Assembly (NCBI RefSeq): GCF_009914755.1
Contig: NC_060931.1
Origin: the human T2T-CHM13v2.0 reference genome, Homo sapiens
Reading direction: 5' to 3' (one strand)
DNA length: 64,000 nt
Shown here: positions 57,723 to 64,000 of the stretch, one piece after another
Layout of the letters: every line of letters begins with the position of its first letter
How positions within the stretch are numbered: position 1 is the first letter of the stretch
Notes under the pieces: model-generated
The model's input: the letters and a program-made list of their open reading frames with translations, nothing else
What the model was told of the DNA's origin: nothing
Databases searched by the model: none
Translations under genes and position numbers: made by a program

Positions 57723-60700
57723 AGAAATGGTTTATTTTTAAAAACTAATTCCTAATGTATATATTAAGTAAAAATGAATTTTTACATATGATATTTGCTT
57801 CAAGGGTCATGCACCATACTAATTCCTTTTAAACTACATAATTTTTCATCATTAAAACAAGTAATGATCCACTTTCCCAAATGCATGCCAATCCTGAATG
57901 GCCTATAGCAGTTATTAGAATTTGATGTGGAAAAAAAATCCACTGTTTCATTTTAAGAGCATCTGCCCACAATACAAATAAATCAGTTAATGAGATGAAG
58001 GGAGAAACACCCCACAAGTGGCTCCTGATAACAAAGGAGAGCTGCAAGATTCAGAATTAGCTAGCACATAAAAATTCAATCTGCCTACTTCTTGGCTTAT
58101 TTACACATATAGCTGCAAATACCCCCAAAATGCACTTCTTCATTCTTTCTGAACCCAAATTAGCCTCTAGCCTAGTAGGGCCTGTCCTTCCATGGCCCAA
58201 GAGTATCCAACAAGTACCAACAGGAATAAAAATAATGCGAAGAAAATTTAATAATAATAGCACCTTCCATATTCAATGCATAGTATTTACATATGACAAA
58301 ACACTTGCACACCATGACTGTATCTGATCCTCACAAGACGGAGAATTATCCCGAGGGTAGAGACAGTGGGGCAGCCTGGAGTAGGGCAGGACCCCTTCCC
58401 AGGCACGTTCGGCATAGTCCCTGCTGCCTCTCAATCACTAACAGAGGACTTGGAGCTCAGATTTCTAATTGTTCCCCAAAAATGCTTTTTGAATTGTAAC
58501 TTGGGCCTGAGAGAAGGGCAATCTCCTCATGTCAATGAAGGAAATCCTCAGGATCCTTTTAGAGCAGACAGAGCTGTTCCAGAAATACCCGTATCAGGTA
58601 GAGAAGTCCTCTGATATGCTTCAAGAAACTCAAACCATCCCCGAGTCCTCTTGCCCCTTCCTTCTGCCACAACAGACAGCTGAATCTCACCAACAAGTGA
58701 AAGACCATCAAAGCCATGATCAAGTCAACCGTTCAAGGCTGAGGCAGTACAGAACCTGTGATTCTGTTCTTGTCATCCATAGTGGGGAAGCCACAGAGAC
58801 TGGGATGCTGAAAGCAGCTGCCATCAGGACCACCAATTCTTCCCTCTCCCTTTTCTCCACTTCTATCCCCGAGTCTAGACTCTACCCCCGCAATCTTGGA
58901 TGGGAGTGCTGGAGGCCCAGCGGGGCTTTTTGCCTGATCTATCCCACAAGCCAAGGCCAAAAAATGTTTGCTTTTAACCCTCCCACACTTAAGAGCCTCC
59001 TACATAACTCAGCCTATGTCCAAATTCCCCACAGTGAGAGTTAAAGTAGATTTAAATTTCTTACTACCCAGTTAAATTCTCTAGATACTCTTCCTAATTG
59101 GTGTTGTTGATATCCCTCCTTCTGTCCCTTATCCTTCAATTTGCAGTTTTCAACCCTTTTACATGCTCATTATATAAGGAAATTTGGAGGGTTTTTTGGT
59201 CAGACTGCTGTAATGAGGTCTCTTGCCCTCTCTGCAGTCATAAGCTTCTCCTCTCTGGTATCTTCCACTCTCTTAAACAGAAGGCATCCCCATTCCCTCT
59301 CCCACAGTATACACTCTCCATCTCCATTTCAGTCTTTACCTCACCAGGGGACACCCAGGACATTCCCTCATATCTTTCAGTGAAGGCACAAGCTAAGGTA
59401 TTTACTATTCCTACACTCTTGCATCCTACCCTAAAAGAATACAATCTGGTACTCTGCCATTCATTCCAGAAAAATTTTGGATTACAGCAGGCTCCAAATC
59501 ACAGACTAGTGAAGCTTGAGGAAACACTGGATATCATCTGGCCTGACCTGGTCACTCTAATTTGAGAAAACTGAGGTCCAAAATGGCACATGAAATCAAA
59601 GAGTTGAGAACTGAAATCTACACTACAGACTCTCTAACAAGAGAAACGGTGACCAGACATAAAGATCACCAAATGGGTGACTGAAAAGTGTTCCACAGAC
59701 GACCCCCACAGAATTCTCTGAACAGAACGTGCATGTTGCAATGGAACAATTCTGCCTCCAAGTCAAGATCTAATGCCAAAAACATCAGGTATGAAACACT
59801 AACGGGCGATGAAGTTTGTGGGAAAAAATGAACGGCATGCATGCTTCCTAGAAACCTATGCTTTATTTATGAGCCAAATATGTCTTAAGCATTACTGAGA
59901 TAATCTCATCCCTAGAGGGCCACACTGGGGAAAAGGGAAAGTGCTTGAGAGGTACAAAGTACTGTTTGTGTTGTTTAAATGCTCAGGCATGACTCTGCCA
60001 GGAGGTACCCCTCCACCCCAAGATAAGAGCTAAGGGAATCCCGCAGGTCAGCAAATGGGAGACCAGGAAGGTTCTGGCTTCTAGCCACTTTGGCTCCTGC
60101 TCTGTGAGACCTCACATGTATGCCCCACCTCTCTGGAATGACATGTGTTGAGACATACCAGGGGATCTTAGCCTTTGAAACCCTTGTGTTATGCACCGGA
60201 CTCATGGGACAGAAGGCATATAGTCTACATCAGCTCTGTAGATCCTAGCAGCAACCTTGGGTCAAATCACTTGTTCTCTCCACACCACTAGAAAATGAGA
60301 AATCCAATCTGCCTTTCAAAACTGTAGTGAAGATAAAAATGAATTCATCGATACAAGTCTAATCCAGATACAAGATGGTGCTATGGTAAATGAAAACTGG
60401 CTAAGAAAACCATGTGCAGGCTATGAACACGGAAGTGACTTCCCAGACATCCACAGAGTTCTTATCTCCATCGTGGCCAGCCAGTTAGCAACCGCAGTTA
60501 TTGGGAGCGCAGTAGCCATTGGCTGTCCGCTCCTGCATGTTCCTTCCTCTCATAAACCTCAACCAGCTGAGGCAATGAACCCTCTTCTATCTCTAAGTGC
60601 TACCAGAATCCAAGAGCTTTGAGGCCTGCTCAGGACAGACTATCTTGGAGCAGTGGGGAGTAAAGGGCCCCGGTTGGCTTTCTGTTATCCCACATTGCTA

Positions 60701-63700
60701 GCCCCAGCCAGGTTATTCATTCCAATCACATTTCTAGAAACAAGAGAGATCAGAAAGGCAAGCTCCAGTATTTTAAATGAAGAACCTGAAGTTAAGGTAC
60801 ACTACACCACTACCCTAAAGAAGCAGAGTTTGATGTTTCTCTATTCATTTAGAAGAATTACTTTGGCATAATAAGAGCTTAATAAATGTTAGCTGTTTTA
60901 TTGTTGTTTGTATTACATGCCTCGCTAAAACTGGGACAAAATTATTAAGTATTTCTCTGACTTATCAGTCTCTTAATACCATAAAAAATGATGAAGGTCA
61001 TAAAACATCATTTTTCTTTAGTGAACTCGGTCGATTCTAGTTTTCCCATTTGCTTACCAGGGGGCTCATTTTCAGTTCATCAATTCATAATTGATTGATT
61101 GATCTTCCTTTCCCCTTTTTGAAAACTAGGCCCATATCTCCAGTCTCAAACCATCTCTCTCATTCCCTGCAATTTCTCCACAGTTCACCAGCCACACTGT
61201 GCTCACATCCATAAGCTTCTTTAGTGTCCTTTCATCTTAACCAGCAATTATAATTTTTAGGCAAACTTCTCATTCAAACTTTTATGAAGGAACTGTTTAA
61301 AGCTGAACTGCACTATCAAGTTCCTACTTTGGTGGCACTGCTGAAAACCAGACGAATATTTTCAGGTTCTCAAATCTTTCTCTGGAAGTGGGGTCCAGGT
61401 TCTCCTTAAAGTATCCCTCTAAATCCTTCTGCCCTCAGGCGGATCTCCCCTGTCATTGAGCCACAGTCCTGTCATCCCTTTTGGAACAGAAAGGAACCAT
61501 TCTAAATGAATAGGGAAACATCAAACTCTGCTTCTTTTGGGATAGTGGTAGTGGTTCAGTGTACCTTAGCTTCAGATTCTTTATTGAAAACAATGGAGCT
61601 TCAATTCTTCAACTTGGTAGAGTTGAAGAATTTCTAAGAAGGAAAAACAAAACAAAACAAAATAAAACACGAGGCCATAATATTCTCTTTCTAAGAAAGA
61701 CCATAAATAGAATCTAGTGATCTCAGCAGGTTATTATAAGAACAAGCAAACAGAGATATTCTGCAGTCCTGCTGGAAAACACATGCAATCACCATACGTT
61801 AAAAGTTATTCCCAAACAGTTTGAGTATTTTTCTCCCAAAAGACGAGGTAGAGCAATGCTTCTGAATGTTTGTTCATGATTGAACAATGGTGGATAGCTG
61901 CTTATTGGATCATGAATAGGACACATTTGCCTTCTAGTCACAAAAGATTATTTTCTGTTACCTATAAAGCCAATGGCATCAGAAAGTACACAAGGTTTGA
62001 ATGCAATAATGATGCAATGCCTCGGGGGTGGGGGAGATATTCTAGAAAGAAAGTCAGCACAGCTTCATTAAGAAGTAAGAAGTCAAAGGGGTAGTTGCTG
62101 GCATAGCAGAAAGAATGCCTTGTTTGGAACCAAAACGCTTGGGTTTTAGACCTAGCCCTGTCACTACTTGGTTCTGTGACCTTGGACAAGTCACTGAACC
62201 CCTCTGGGTCTCTTTTCTTAGGAAATAAAATAAGAGGTGGGACCAGGCAGTCTCCCAGGCCCCCTGCGGCTCTGGTATTCTGAGACCAACTATGACGTAG
62301 GTAGCTTCTGCTTCCACTCACACCTAAAAGAGTAAAACAGCCTGAAAATAAATCTTAAGCCTGAGTCAATGTTCCCTGCAACTCCCCTTCTCTGGCCTTT
62401 TCTGAGATTCTATTGGCAAAGAATGGCTTCCCTTGAGGATGGCTGAGCTAACAGCTGGGCAGTACTGGGTGATCTCTGCCCTTTCAACAGCTGGTCTCTG
62501 AGACAAACAACCAGACAGGCTTTATCAGAAAAAATGACTCAACTTGTGGAGGCCAAGCATAGATGGAGAGCAGTATCAGACTTAAAACTACTGTACTACT
62601 TTCTCCTCAACCAAACCTCCTTTCATCTACCAGTATCTTCTAGCCTCAGTTATGCAGAACCTCCATGAGAAATGGGGGAGGGAAATGGCACTAGACCATT
62701 TCTAGGAAGCCTAGAAAAAAATTCAGGGCCATAGTTTCATGTTTTCTGCCCTATTCCTCATAAGAAACTAACAATTTCTGAAGTGGTTAGAGATGTTCAA
62801 CCAGGCCATGTTGATATTGTCGATGAGATGATTCTTCATTAATGAGGATTTTCCTGTACATTCCAGGGCCCCTGGGCACTCAGTGCTGGTAACATCCCCC
62901 TTTCCCATTATGACAACAACCAAAAATGCCGCCATGTATTTCCAAAAGCCAAAAAAGGAGCTTTCAAAATGTAGATTCAACTAAGAGGGATCCATAACGT
63001 TGATTTAGGTTCTTTCCATGGGTCTGTTTTCAGCATTCATGCAAAATGCAGCACTGTGTCAAAAACTTCTCTTCGTGACTGTCTCTGGCATGAAATTGTA
63101 TTCTCTTCACTGTCTAAAGACCCACCAATATCCAAATGCCCCTTTCCCCATTGATCTGAATACTCTTCACATTTGCAAAGTCTGGGTGTCTAATAGGTTA
63201 AACCTCTTAACTTTTGAAGTTTGGGCTTTAAACTGATCTTTTGCTTACCTTTGTTTAAACAGATTTTTGCCACCGGGAGCCCATTTAGAAGGGAAAGGGA
63301 AAGAAAAATAGCAATTCACAAAGCTGTACACAGAGTCCGTGTGTGGAACGAAGGTGCAGCTGGACCACCTCTCTGCCTCATGATGTCTGCAAACGCACAG
63401 TAAAATTAAGAAATTGTGCCAATGCTAATATTCCCAGTCTCAACAAAGTGGTTTGTTTATTAGGTCTTCTGGCTCACAAAAGAGGTATTTAAAAACTCTG
63501 CATGTAGCCTTGGGAACCGACCACGGAAAAAGTAAACCTAAAGCACAAGTTTTGCCTTTGCAAGCAGCAAGCACTGAATCAATGAACATTAGACCATTTG
63601 AGTGAAGGCAACAAGATCACAATCAGAAAGAACAGCTTACTGATCAAAGGTAGATATCCCTGAATTGTGATCCATCAATCTGTGAAATTTAAAATAGCCC

Positions 63701-63954
63701 ACATATGAGTATTTAAATAAATTAAGGTATATCTAAGTGGCTATGAAAACAAACTGCTACTGTAGAAAACTATCTGTTAATATACAGAAATGTCCACGTC
63801 ATATATCTAAATGAAAAATATATTGTGAAAACTGAATTCCCTAATTTATAATTGTCTTTATATATTTATATATGTTGTTACATACTTTATATATCAATGT
63901 CTTTTTATCTATTTCATAAATGAATAATCAAATTTATAGTTTTAGAATTTATAA

Positions 63955-64000
63955 CTTTTATTTTATTTTTTATTTTTTATTTTTTTTGAGACAGAGTCTT
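63955..64000 (-). mobile_element. 3' end of an Alu cut by the window edge
   Basis: (T)n-rich tail followed by gagacagagtctt. Confidence 0.8.

Noticed and set aside
58529-59565. Two adjacent plus-strand ORFs of 171 and 155 aa
   Set aside because: No recognisable domain, and composition looks like translated intron. Unsupported without expression or conservation data.

Overview
Primate genomic DNA, almost certainly human (Alu-dense). The whole window lies inside the minus-strand gene CREB3L2 (BBF2H7, an ER-membrane bZIP transcription factor of the OASIS family; human 7q33-34 from prior knowledge). Ten internal coding exons (exons 2-11) were reconstructed by hand. All have canonical AG/GT boundaries and compatible phases, and they splice into one open frame running from HFSELLDEFS to LLELQQHL. 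That frame covers the transactivation region, the FBXW7-type degron, the bZIP, the transmembrane segment, the S1P site and the luminal domain. Exon 1 (beyond position 64000) and the last exon (before position 1) are not in the window. The rest is intron filled with Alus, L1 fragments, MaLR/ERV solo LTRs, DNA-transposon MITEs and simple repeats. Nearly all entries in the ORF track are spurious repeat or intron ORFs. I found no evidence of a wholly new gene system. The most interesting signals are: two intron read-through isoforms with their own poly(A) signals; two coding differences from the canonical protein as I recall it; a near-symmetric tail-to-tail inverted Alu pair; a pure (GGAA)20 microsatellite; a THE1 LTR carrying an exact PRDM9 motif; a strong CTCF motif; G-quadruplex motifs around exons 5-6; and a young 80-bp tandem duplication. 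Repeat subfamily names and repeat boundaries were recognised by eye and are approximate.
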